Notes: generated by a model from the letters alone, not told the origin. A DNA stretch of 32,000 bases from Aliivibrio fischeri ES114 (GCF_000011805.1 NC_006840.2), one strand, 5' to 3'. Shown: positions 1-8,730, counted from the first letter of the stretch. A program made the numbers and translations.

Positions 1-383
1 CGAGAATTAATGGTGTAACCACCTACGGTTTCAAGTTTACCGTGTAATTCAGCAACCAGAGTTCCGTTATCGGCTTCTTCTGCTTTTGCTAATTGCGCTT
101 CTAAACCACGAAATTCACGGTCACCATCAATAACATAGTCAATGGCTTTGCGTTCTAATGCAGGTGTTTCTTGAGCCACCCAAGCCATTTCCCAGTTATG
201 TGGAACACGGTTTGAACCTGCATCAACACTCAATTCACCTTTGATTAAGGCAAAAAGTGTGGATTTACCACAGCCATTTTTTCCGACTAAACCGACTTTG
301 TCACCAGGGTGAATAGTGGCAGAGGCTTGCTCTAGTAATGGCTTTCCGCCACGAAGTAATTGAATGTCTGAAAAGGTAATCAT
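1..383 (-). CDS. yheS: ABC-F family ATPase YheS, N-terminal part (runs off the left edge of the window)
   Basis: The reverse complement from ATG at 383 reads MITFSDIQLLRGGKPLLEQASATIHPGDKVGLVGKNGCGKSTLFALIKGELSVDAG...WVAQETPALERKAIDYVIDGDREFRGLEAQ. It has a Walker A (GLVGKNGCGKST) and a YheS-like N-terminus. It is missing from the ORF track because it is open at the edge. Confidence 0.93.
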   Translation of the reverse strand, partial: MITFSDIQLLRGGKPLLEQASATIHPGDKVGLVGKNGCGKSTLFALIKGELSVDAGSNRVPHNWEMAWVAQETPALERKAIDYVIDGDREFRGLEAQLAKAEEADNGTLVAELHGKLETVGGYTINS

Positions 384-599
384 GCTGTGGTTTGCTTCTC
401 TTAATCTGACTGAATCTTGAAGTTATTTGAATACGATGAGCATAGTAGGCGTAAGAGGGGTGATTGTCGACATTGAAATTGTCTGTATGATAGATAATAC
501 CAACCGCGGTAGCCTTTTTCTTTTGCTATCTCTGAGCACTTAGTTACTGTGAATGGTATTAAGAGAAAAATAAAACAATAAAGTCAGAAAAGGGAAGAT

Positions 600-1142
600 A
601 TGACTCAGTTGCCTAAAATATTAGTTATTCTTGCTCATCCAGATCCTGAGCAGTCTATCGCCAATAAAGCCATTTTATCGGCTTATTCTCATTTAGAGCA
701 TGTGACTGTGCATGATCTTTATGCTCATTATCCTGATTTTTTTATTGATGTTGTATTTGAGCATGAACTGCTAGCACAACACGATATTATTATTTTTCAA
801 CATCCACTTTATCTTTATTCTTGTCCGGCACTATTAAAAGAGTGGATGGATTGCGTTTTAGGTAAAGGGTTTGCTTATGGTAATGGTGATGCTTTAAAAG
901 GTAAGCAGTGGCGAAGCGTGATCACTGCTGGTGGTATTGAAGAAGCCTTTTCCAAAACAGGATATAACCAACATTCAATGGATGACATTTTGGTTCCATT
1001 TAAAATTACCGCCGCATTGTGTCAGATGGAATGGTTACCGCCCTCTATCCAATACTGGGCACGCAAAATTACGGTAGAAAAACGACAGCAATATATTGAT
1101 GAATATAAAGCTTGGTTGCTAAACCCGAAAGGAGGCATCTAA
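600..1142 (+). CDS. kefG: Glutathione-regulated K+/H+ antiporter ancillary protein KefG (NAD(P)H oxidoreductase, flavodoxin-like)
   Basis: 180-aa ORF with ILVILAHPDPEQSIANKAI... and FQHPLYLYSCPALLKEWMDCVLGKGFAYG. Its stop overlaps the kefB start (TAATG). Confidence 0.93.
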   Translation: MTQLPKILVILAHPDPEQSIANKAILSAYSHLEHVTVHDLYAHYPDFFIDVVFEHELLAQHDIIIFQHPLYLYSCPALLKEWMDCVLGKGFAYGNGDALKGKQWRSVITAGGIEEAFSKTGYNQHSMDDILVPFKITAALCQMEWLPPSIQYWARKITVEKRQQYIDEYKAWLLNPKGGI

Positions 1143-2932
1143 TGGCTGGTGATTGGTTACATACAAGTTCAATATTTTTAGCCGCAGCTGTGGTAACCGT
1201 ACCTTTGGCACAGCGTTTTGGTCTTGGTGCGGTACTAGGCTATTTATTAGCAGGAATCGCAATTGGTCCATGGGGGTTAAAATTAATTTCAGATGTGGAT
1301 GCGATTCTTCATTTCTCTGAATTTGGCGTGGTATTGCTGCTCTTTTTAATCGGGTTAGAGTTGAACCCCAGTAAATTATGGAAAATGCGAAAACCGATAA
1401 TCGGATTAGGAGGAAGCCAGGTTGTGGTGTCATCTGTGGTGATTACCGCTGCGATGATGTTTTTTGGTTTAGCATGGCAAGTCAGTTTGGTTATCGGCAT
1501 GGGGTTAGCTTTGTCATCGACCGCGATTGCCTTAAGAGTGATAGAAGAGCGTAAACTGTCTGATTCTGAAAGTGGGCAATCTGGTTTTGCGGTTTTGCTG
1601 TTTCAGGATATTGCAGTTATTCCTATGTTAGCGATACTGCCTGTTTTAGCCGGTGGTGCGAGTGGTAATTGGCTCGACGGATTATGGGTTCTTGCTGGTG
1701 TCATTTCTATTTTTACTCTTGCCCATTTTCTATTACGCCCACTTTTTAGCTATGTAGTGAAAAGTGGAGCGAGAGAGTTATTTACTGTTGCCGCATTACT
1801 ACTGGTGATTGGTGTATCTGCTGCGATGAAACAGTTAGGACTCTCTATGGCTCTTGGGGCATTTTTAGCAGGGGTATTGCTGGCTGAAAGTGAGTTTCGT
1901 CATGAGTTAGAAGTGGCTATTGAACCTTTTAAAGGGTTATTGCTTGGTTTGTTTTTTATTGCAGTAGGAATGTCAGTTAATTTAGGGCTATTACTACAGT
2001 ATCCATTTGAGATCTTAGCTGCTGTATTGTTACTTGTAGTAGTGAAAGGGTTGCTGATTTATGGGTTAGCAAGAGCTTTTGGTACTCGAGCGAAAGCACG
2101 TAGTCAAATGGCGATGATATTAAGTCAAGGTGGCGAGTTTGCTTTTGTTTTGTTTACGGCTGCCCAAATGGAAGGTTTATTAAGCCGAGAACTAACAGCA
2201 TTTTTGTTGGTGGTTGTCAGTATCTCTATGATGACAACACCGCTGTTTTTAATCGCTCAAGATAAATGGTTTGCGAGAACGTTAAACAGCGAAGAAGAGA
2301 TGCCTTTATCTGACTTTACACACGCAACTCAACCAGAAGTTATTATTGCTGGCTTTGGGCGATTTGGTCAGATTGTTGGACGATTACTTTTCGCTAATAA
2401 GATAAAACTGACTATTTTAGAGGCAGACCCAAGTCAAATTCGTCTGCTGCGTAAATTCGATTATAAAGTGTATTACGGTGATGCAACGCAAGTCGAACTC
2501 TTACGAGCGGCGGGAGCAGAAAAAGCCAAAGCCATTGTAGTGTGTAAAAAAGATCCACAAAAAGTAATGGAAGTCGTGGCGTTGTGCCAAAGACATTTTC
2601 CTCATTTAAAAATATTAGCCCGTGCGCGCAGTCGAGTAGAGGCTTATGAGTTATTGAGTGAAGGCGTTGATAACTTTTCACGAGAAACTTTCTATGGTGC
2701 CCTTGATTTAGGGCGACAAACCCTCACATCTTTAGGCATGCATCCTTATCAAGCTAAGCGAGCAGAATCTCATTTTAAAAAGTTAGATGTTGCTATGCTA
2801 AAAGAATTGTTACCATTACATTCAGATGATAAATCTCTGGCTTCAAAAGCGAAGGCTGCTCGAATCGAGTTAGAAGAGATTTTTAGCTTAGAAATGGAAA
2901 ACGAACGCTCAAGCCAGAACCATTGGGACTGA
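1142..2932 (+). CDS. kefB: Glutathione-regulated K+/H+ antiporter KefB (CPA2 family with RCK/TrkA-N domain)
   Basis: Start set at ATG 1142 (MAGDWLHTSSIFLAAAVVTVPLAQRFGLGAVLGYLLAGIAIGPWGL), not the ORF-track start at 1112. It has a multi-pass membrane domain followed by a Rossmann/RCK segment VIIAGFGRFGQIVGRLL. Confidence 0.95.
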   Translation: MAGDWLHTSSIFLAAAVVTVPLAQRFGLGAVLGYLLAGIAIGPWGLKLISDVDAILHFSEFGVVLLLFLIGLELNPSKLWKMRKPIIGLGGSQVVVSSVVITAAMMFFGLAWQVSLVIGMGLALSSTAIALRVIEERKLSDSESGQSGFAVLLFQDIAVIPMLAILPVLAGGASGNWLDGLWVLAGVISIFTLAHFLLRPLFSYVVKSGARELFTVAALLLVIGVSAAMKQLGLSMALGAFLAGVLLAESEFRHELEVAIEPFKGLLLGLFFIAVGMSVNLGLLLQYPFEILAAVLLLVVVKGLLIYGLARAFGTRAKARSQMAMILSQGGEFAFVLFTAAQMEGLLSRELTAFLLVVVSISMMTTPLFLIAQDKWFARTLNSEEEMPLSDFTHATQPEVIIAGFGRFGQIVGRLLFANKIKLTILEADPSQIRLLRKFDYKVYYGDATQVELLRAAGAEKAKAIVVCKKDPQKVMEVVALCQRHFPHLKILARARSRVEAYELLSEGVDNFSRETFYGALDLGRQTLTSLGMHPYQAKRAESHFKKLDVAMLKELLPLHSDDKSLASKAKAARIELEEIFSLEMENERSSQNHWD

Positions 2933-2967
2933 TGTTATAAAGAGTTAATAGCACAAGGATAATAACC

Positions 2968-3162
2968 GTGAAAAAACGATTTATTGCAGGTGCAGTTTGT
3001 CCATCATGTAGCAAAGAAGATACGCTACGCTGGTGGCAAGAAAGTAATATCGAGTATGTTGAATGTGTTGATTGTGGTCATACAGACCGTCGAACGCCTA
3101 AATCACTCGAAAAAACCAAACATGCGCAAGATGATGTTATTGGTGTTTTTAAGCCTGAATAG
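2968..3162 (+). CDS. yheV: YheV family putative zinc-ribbon protein
   Basis: 64-aa ORF with CPSC...CVDC motifs, directly downstream of kefB as in the conserved kefG-kefB-yheV order. Confidence 0.85.
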   Translation: MKKRFIAGAVCPSCSKEDTLRWWQESNIEYVECVDCGHTDRRTPKSLEKTKHAQDDVIGVFKPE

Positions 3163-3218
3163 TATTATGTTGCCATACTGAATACCATCCACTAATGCTA
3201 AGTGCATCCGGAGTTAAA

Positions 3219-3872
3219 ATGAAAATTGAAAAGAACGTTGTTGTAAGTCTAGCTTACCAAGTGAAAACAGAAGAAGGCGTAGTTGTAGACCATCAACAAG
3301 TTGACGCTCCTCTTGATTACCTACACGGCCACAACAACCTAATCGTTGGTCTTGAAAAAGCACTTGAAGGTAAAGTTGAAGGCGACAAATTCAGCATCAC
3401 TGTAACTCCTGAAGAAGCGTACGGCGAGCACATGGATGAGATGGTTCAACGTGTTCCTGCAAACGTATTCCAAGGCGTTGACCAAATTGAAGTTGGTATG
3501 CGTTTCCTTGCTGATACAGACCAAGGTCCAATCCCTGTAGAAGTAACTGAAGTTGATGGCGATGAAGTTGTTGTTGATGGCAACCACATGCTTGCTGGTC
3601 AAACTCTAGATTTTGATGTTGAAGTAGTAGCACTACGTGCAGCAACAGAAGAAGAAGCTGCTCACGGTCATATTCACCAAGAAGGTGGCTGTGGTGGTCA
3701 CGGTCACGACCATGATCACGAAGGTGGTTGTTGTGGTGGCGAAGCCATTCTCACGATCACGAAGAAGAGCACGTATGCTGTGGTAACGGCAACTGTTCTA
3801 AGTAATCTTAAGAACAGGGACGAGGACGCTTCGCTCGAGAGTTTAGGGGCGAGGAAGATCTTCGTACTGTAG
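3219..3872 (+). CDS. slyD: FKBP-type peptidyl-prolyl isomerase SlyD; C-terminal metal-binding tail apparently frameshifted
   Basis: Start set at ATG 3219 (MKIEKNVVVSLAYQVKTEEGVVVDHQQVDAPLDYLHGHNNLIVGLEKALEG), preceded by GGAG. The His/Cys-rich tail HGHDHDHEGGCCGGE switches to unrelated sequence at about 3741. The frame reached by adding one base reads SHSHDHEEEHVCCGNGNCSK and stops at 3803-3805. Confidence 0.93.
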   Translation: MKIEKNVVVSLAYQVKTEEGVVVDHQQVDAPLDYLHGHNNLIVGLEKALEGKVEGDKFSITVTPEEAYGEHMDEMVQRVPANVFQGVDQIEVGMRFLADTDQGPIPVEVTEVDGDEVVVDGNHMLAGQTLDFDVEVVALRAATEEEAAHGHIHQEGGCGGHGHDHDHEGGCCGGEAILTITKKSTYAVVTATVLSNLKNRDEDASLESLGARKIFVL

Positions 3873-3877
3873 AAATT

Positions 3878-3914
3878 AAAAAACCGTAGGTGCTGATGCA
3901 TTTACGGTTTTTTT
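3878..3914. terminator. Rho-independent, apparently bidirectional terminator between convergent slyD and slyX
   Basis: AAAAAACCGTA (3878-3888) pairs with TACGGTTTTTTT (3903-3914), giving a stem with an A-tract on one side and a T-tract on the other. Confidence 0.85.
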
Positions 3915-3990
3915 GTTTTTAGGCTTCTGAGTGCTCGATTTGCTCTTTCTCGCTCCTAGAGCGTAGCGTTCTCGATTCTCGCTTCTGCAC

Positions 3991-4215
3991 TTAGTAATGC
4001 GGTGGTGGCGTCTCTTCCGATGCATCCGCCATATTCGACGAATCCATGGTTTTCATCTTACCTACCATAAACTTCATCTGAACTTGCATATTAGTGATTA
4101 ATAGCTGTTGCTGAGATAGGGCGTCGTTTAGTTCATCAATGGTTTGCTCTTGAAACGCCATTTGACACTCTAAATCACTGATCTTTTGTTCTAATTGTTC
4201 AATTGTTGTTGTCAT
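3991..4215 (-). CDS. slyX: SlyX family coiled-coil protein
   Basis: Translation MTTTIEQLEQKISDLECQMAFQEQTIDELNDALSQQQLLITNMQVQMKFMVGKM...TPPPHY has the typical SlyX core and PPPHY C-terminus. Start set at ATG 4215, overlapping the upstream gene stop (TAATG on the minus strand). Confidence 0.93.
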   Translation of the reverse strand: MTTTIEQLEQKISDLECQMAFQEQTIDELNDALSQQQLLITNMQVQMKFMVGKMKTMDSSNMADASEETPPPHY

Positions 4216-5228
4216 TATTCTATTAACCACGCTTGGGCGATTCCTGCTGATGTTGCTGAAACCACTCGTTGTTGTTTATCAATGGCGACATCATACACTA
4301 CTGCTGTTGGTGGGCGTGCATCTTTTAATGGTTCTGAACGCCATTGTTCGAGCTTTTTACCTGATGTGGTATTCCATACATTTACGGTTCCAGAGGGAGA
4401 ACCTGTAACCAGAAGTTGGCCATCATCACTAAAGCGAGCGGTAGAATATACCTGTTGGCGAGCTAACGTACTAAGTTCTGTTATCTTTTCACCGGTTTTT
4501 AAATCCCAAATAAAACCTTCATTACCACCATCGGCAGTAAAAGCATATTTACCATCGCGTTGAAGTGCCGTTCGACTTACTCGTTTTTCATGTTCAAAGG
4601 TACGAAGTATTTGCCCTGTTTCGGTATCCCACAAATAAGCAAAGTAATCATTACCACCAGATAGGGCAAATTTACCATTTGCAGAAAGGGCGACAGAATT
4701 AACTTTTTCTCTGTGAGCTAAAAATTCTAAGCGGCGGCCGGTAGCCAGATTGATATAAATGGCTTTACCATTTGAAAGCCCAAGTAGAACTTGTTGTCCA
4801 TTACTTGCAATGGCTACATCTCGAATAATACCGTCAGAGATAGACCATAACCCTTCAGATATTCCCATTCCCAAATCCCAAACAGCAAAGTTAGTTTGAG
4901 TTGCGGTTATTGCAAATCGAGAGTTATCAGAGATTCTGATATAGGACACCGTTGATTTATCTTGATCTTGGTCACCGAAAAAAGTCAGTTCTTTATTTTC
5001 TACAAGATCCCAAAAATGAAGACCAGATTTTACTTGTGATTCATTTTTTTCAGGAATAGAGTCATTCTTAACAAAGAAAAGAGCAAAACGAGCATCACGA
5101 CTTAACGCAAAACTTGTTGTTCCCTGGGGAGCTAATTCCCAGCGTTGGTCGTCTGAATTTTGGAAAAAACAGCCCGATAATGTCAGCGTAATGACAAAAA
5201 TAGCGATGTATTGAGATATAGCGCGCAT
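4215..5228 (-). CDS. WD40/beta-propeller repeat lipoprotein
   Basis: MRAISQYIAIFVITLTLSGCFF signal with lipobox LSGC, then several WD-like blades (FAVWDLGMG, FAYLWDTETGQILRTFEHEKRV, GFIWDLKTGEKITEL, VNVWNTTSGKKLEQW). Confidence 0.8.
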   Translation of the reverse strand: MRAISQYIAIFVITLTLSGCFFQNSDDQRWELAPQGTTSFALSRDARFALFFVKNDSIPEKNESQVKSGLHFWDLVENKELTFFGDQDQDKSTVSYIRISDNSRFAITATQTNFAVWDLGMGISEGLWSISDGIIRDVAIASNGQQVLLGLSNGKAIYINLATGRRLEFLAHREKVNSVALSANGKFALSGGNDYFAYLWDTETGQILRTFEHEKRVSRTALQRDGKYAFTADGGNEGFIWDLKTGEKITELSTLARQQVYSTARFSDDGQLLVTGSPSGTVNVWNTTSGKKLEQWRSEPLKDARPPTAVVYDVAIDKQQRVVSATSAGIAQAWLIE

Positions 5229-5300
5229 CAAATTGAACTACTCGTTTGTAATGTGTCTATAAGTACTAGTATATTGTGATGAACAGTATTTCGCATCTAT

Positions 5301-5392
5301 ATACCAATCTAAATAAGTATTCGATCACTATTGCTGGTGAAAATCGATGATAACTAGCAATAATTTTATCAACTACTTATCCAGATTGGTAT
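5301..5392. repeat. 92-bp imperfect palindromic element (MITE-like or REP-like)
   Basis: Terminal arms ATACCAATCTAAATAAGTA (5301-5319) and TACTTATCCAGATTGGTAT (5374-5392) are 17/19 complementary. The inner TATTGCTGGT and ACTAGCAATA also pair. Confidence 0.75.
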
Positions 5393-5451
5393 GATCTAAA
5401 AAATTGAATAAGAAAATTGAGGCAGGACCTCAAATAATCTGGAGTTTTGAA

Positions 5452-6246
5452 ATGAAATCTATCTTTAAAGTGTCGTTACTTGCTGCAACTGTTGCATTTG
5501 TTGTTGGTTGTCAAAAAGAAGAAGCACCAAAAACAGAAGCAACAACATTACCTGCAAAAATCGAAGCATCTACTGAGTCTGCTACAGCAGCAACATTTGC
5601 ATCAGAAGATGAAAAAGCAGGTTACGCAATAGGTGCATCTTTAGCTAAATACCTAAACTCAAACCTAGAGAAGCAAACAGAGCTAGGTCTTGACCTGAAG
5701 AAAGCGGATGTACTTGCTGGTGTAACTGATGTATTTAATGGTAAAGAGCGTCTAACTGATGAAGAGATCCAAGTTGCTCTTCAAAACCTAGATCAACGTG
5801 TTGCTGAAATTGCACAAAAGAAAATGGCAGCAGAATCTGAAGCTAACGCAAAAGCGGGTGCTGACTTCCGTGCTAAATTTGAAAAAGAAGATGGCGTGAA
5901 GAAAACAGAATCAGGCCTTCTATACAAAGTAATCACACCTGCTGACGGTCCTAAGCCAAAAGACACTGATACAGTAGTTGTTCATTACTCTGGTACATTA
6001 ATTGATGGTACTAAGTTTGATAGCTCTTACGATCGTAACCAACCAGCGACTTTCCCACTAAACGCAGTAATTCCTGGCTGGACTGAAGGTGTTCAATTAA
6101 TGAATGTTGGTTCTAAGTACAAGTTCGTTATCCCTGCTGAGTTAGGCTACGGCGCACAAGGCAACCAAGCGATTCCTGCAAATTCAACTCTAGTATTTGA
6201 TGTTGAGTTGCTAGAAATCAAAGATGCAGCAAAACCTGCAAAATAA
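5452..6246 (+). CDS. fkpA: FKBP-type peptidyl-prolyl cis-trans isomerase FkpA
   Basis: MKSIFKVSLLAATVAFVVGC leader, then an FkpA N-domain and FKBP domain (VVVHYSGTLIDGTKFDSSYDRNQPATFPLNAVIPGWTEGVQLMNVGSKYKFVIPAELGYGAQG). Start set at ATG 5452, not 5404. Confidence 0.93.
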   Translation: MKSIFKVSLLAATVAFVVGCQKEEAPKTEATTLPAKIEASTESATAATFASEDEKAGYAIGASLAKYLNSNLEKQTELGLDLKKADVLAGVTDVFNGKERLTDEEIQVALQNLDQRVAEIAQKKMAAESEANAKAGADFRAKFEKEDGVKKTESGLLYKVITPADGPKPKDTDTVVVHYSGTLIDGTKFDSSYDRNQPATFPLNAVIPGWTEGVQLMNVGSKYKFVIPAELGYGAQGNQAIPANSTLVFDVELLEIKDAAKPAK

Positions 6247-6296
6247 TCTGATTGAAGATTAAATAATCTAAACTTTGTTTTAGATCACTGAATTAG

Positions 6297-6320
6297 CCCC
6301 GGCACTTGCTGGGGTTTTTT
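6297..6320 (+). terminator. Rho-independent terminator after fkpA
   Basis: CCCCGGC-ACTT-GCTGGGG followed by TTTTTT. Confidence 0.85.
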
Positions 6321-6416
6321 ATTTTCATGCAAATATTCTGATAAACTTGATGTAATTATTTTAAGCCTTAAGTCTTAGCATGAGTGTTAAGCAAGCAAAT
6401 ATTAAGTTGGTAGATT

Positions 6417-7121
6417 ATGAATATTGAGAATACTGCGGAAGAAAGTTTTTCTGAAGTGGTGCCATTTACAGAGTTTGACCATCACATTTTGCGCTCTTAT
6501 GAAGCTGTGGTGGATGGAATTGCCAGTTTAATCGGTAACTATTGTGAAATCGTTTTACACTCATTAGAAGATATCAATAAATCAGCGATTCGAATTGCTA
6601 ATGGCGAAAATACAGGACGTAAAGTTGGCTCTCCAATCACCGATTTAGCGCTGCAAATGCTAAAAGATATTGAACGTTCTAAACGTAATTTCTCTCGGTC
6701 TTACTTCACTCGAGCAAAAGGTGGCGTGCTAATGAAGTCAATCACTGTTGCTATTCGTAACGGGGATGAAAGAATCATTGGTTTACTGTGTATTAATATC
6801 AATTTAGATGCGCCTTTTTCACAGGTATTGCAATCATTTATGCCAAGTGAAGAAGCGAATGAAGCAGCATCAAGTGTTAACTTTGCAAGTGATGTAGATG
6901 AGCTTGTTGACCAAACTGTAAAACGTACGATTGATGAGATTAATGCAGATAAAGAAGTCGGCAATAATGCAAAGAATAAACAAATCGTAATGGATTTATA
7001 CGATAAAGGCATTTTTGATATTAAAGATGCGATTAACCGTGTTGCTGACCAATTGAATATCTCTAAACACACTGTTTATCTTTATATCCGTCAAAGAAAA
7101 ACAGAGGATGGTGAAAAGTGA
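6417..7121 (+). CDS. yheO: YheO family PAS/HTH transcriptional regulator
   Basis: 234-aa protein with the YheO-like pattern [33 protein letters not shown] and a C-terminal HTH ([25 protein letters not shown]). It sits directly before tusDCB. Confidence 0.9.
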   Translation: MNIENTAEESFSEVVPFTEFDHHILRSYEAVVDGIASLIGNYCEIVLHSLEDINKSAIRIANGENTGRKVGSPITDLALQMLKDIERSKRNFSRSYFTRAKGGVLMKSITVAIRNGDERIIGLLCININLDAPFSQVLQSFMPSEEANEAASSVNFASDVDELVDQTVKRTIDEINADKEVGNNAKNKQIVMDLYDKGIFDIKDAINRVADQLNISKHTVYLYIRQRKTEDGEK

Positions 7122-7510
7122 GTTTAGTGTATGGACTTGTTGTTAATGGGCCTGCCTATGGCTCACAAGCATCAAGAAAAGCTTTTCAATTTGCAGAAGC
7201 AGTATTAGCTCAAGGACACAGCATCAAAAAGGTGTTCTTTTATCAGGAAGGGGTGTTAAATGCGTCTTCTTTGATTTTACCTGCTAATGATGAAGTTGAT
7301 ATCACTAAGCAATGGCAAGAGCTAGCACTGCGCCATGATATTGAATTGGAAACTTGTGTTGCTGCAGCACTACGACGTGGTGTTATTGGTGAAGAAGAAG
7401 CAAGTCAGCATCAATTAAAACAACATAATTTAGCTGTTGGTTTTCAGCAAGCAGGGTTAGGTGGTTTAGCTACGGCGTTATTGAAGTTCGACCGTGTTGT
7501 TCAGTTTTAA
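7118..7510 (+). CDS. tusD: Sulfurtransferase complex subunit TusD
   Basis: 130-aa DsrE-like protein ([39 protein letters not shown]...[12 protein letters not shown]). GTG start overlaps the yheO stop (GTGA). Confidence 0.93.
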   Translation: MSLVYGLVVNGPAYGSQASRKAFQFAEAVLAQGHSIKKVFFYQEGVLNASSLILPANDEVDITKQWQELALRHDIELETCVAAALRRGVIGEEEASQHQLKQHNLAVGFQQAGLGGLATALLKFDRVVQF

Positions 7511-7544
7511 CCGTGTTGTTCAGTTTAAATAAAGCGGAAATATT

Positions 7545-7901
7545 ATGAATCGACTTGGATTTGTATTTCAATCGGCACCACACTCAACATCAAAAGGTAG
7601 GGAAGGGCTAGATGCCATATTAGCAGCCTCTGCTTACAGTGAAGATATTCAAATCTTCTTTATTGGAGATGGTGTGTTGCAGCTACTTAAGAATCAAGAA
7701 CCAGAAAAGATTTTATCTAGAGATTATATTTCAGGGTTTAAAATGCTTGAACTTTATGATCTTGAAGAGATATTTGTTTGTCAGAATGCAATGGGTAACC
7801 GTGGCATAAAAGAAGAATATCTTTTGATTGATGTTGATAGCATTTCAAATAAAGACATAAATGAAAAGCTGTCTCAATGTGATCAGATTATGGTGTTTTA
7901 A
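7545..7901 (+). CDS. tusC: Sulfurtransferase complex subunit TusC
   Basis: 118-aa DsrF-like protein (FVFQSAPHSTSKGREGLDAILAASAYSEDIQIFFIGDGVLQL), second in the tusDCB order. Confidence 0.93.
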   Translation: MNRLGFVFQSAPHSTSKGREGLDAILAASAYSEDIQIFFIGDGVLQLLKNQEPEKILSRDYISGFKMLELYDLEEIFVCQNAMGNRGIKEEYLLIDVDSISNKDINEKLSQCDQIMVF

Positions 7902-8192
7902 ATGATGCTACATATACTAACAAGTACCGATAATCTCCAATCACTTCATAATAAAGAATTACCTGTCAATAATGAGAATGACGTCATCATTTTTACGCAA
8001 GACAGTGTATATGCAGCAATTAAAGATCATAAAGATCATTCGTTGATCTTATCATTTAAGCACTGCTATTTTTTACAAGAAGACATCGAAGCAAGAGGGT
8101 TAACTAAACTTATTGATGATAAAATTCAACGAGTTAATTACAGCGCTTTTGTTTCTTTAACCCAAGATCATTTTCCTATAGTGACTTGGTAA
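7902..8192 (+). CDS. tusB: Sulfurtransferase complex subunit TusB
   Basis: 96-aa protein (MLHILTSTDNLQSLHNKEL...ILTQDSVYA-like), third in the tusDCB order and immediately after the tusC stop. The start could be 7902 or 7905. Confidence 0.88.
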   Translation: MMLHILTSTDNLQSLHNKELPVNNENDVIIFTQDSVYAAIKDHKDHSLILSFKHCYFLQEDIEARGLTKLIDDKIQRVNYSAFVSLTQDHFPIVTW

Positions 8193-8257
8193 GCGTGATC
8201 TATGGTTAAGAAAGGCAAATTATTTTTAAATTGTTTATTAATAGTGCTGTATATTTC

Positions 8258-8286
8258 TTGACACATATCACGTTCAGCCTTAGAAT
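8258..8286 (+). promoter_or_regulatory. Candidate strong sigma70 promoter of the str operon
   Basis: TTGACA (8258-8263), 17-nt spacer, TAGAAT (8281-8286), about 70 nt upstream of rpsL. Confidence 0.8.
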
Positions 8287-8340
8287 TTCGCGTCCCTATT
8301 TCTGTAGGGCTAGATTTTTCAAAAGTTTTCGAACCTCTAA

Positions 8341-8730
<390 letters not shown>

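Noticed and set aside
1119-1500. Minus-strand ORFs of 104 aa and 63 aa opposite kefB
   Set aside because: They lie antisense to a clearly coding, well-conserved gene, have low-complexity or unrecognisable sequence and no ribosome binding context. They are shadow ORFs.
2984-3181. Plus-strand 65-aa ORF overlapping yheV in another frame
   Set aside because: yheV explains the region better, with CxxC motifs, conserved gene order and a proper start.
3339-3645. Minus-strand ORFs (87 aa, 82 aa) opposite slyD
   Set aside because: Composition simply mirrors slyD codons on the other strand, and there is no independent coding evidence.
4195-4563. Plus-strand 122-aa ORF opposite the WD40 gene
   Set aside because: Antisense shadow of the WD40 coding sequence, with no recognisable domain or initiation signal.
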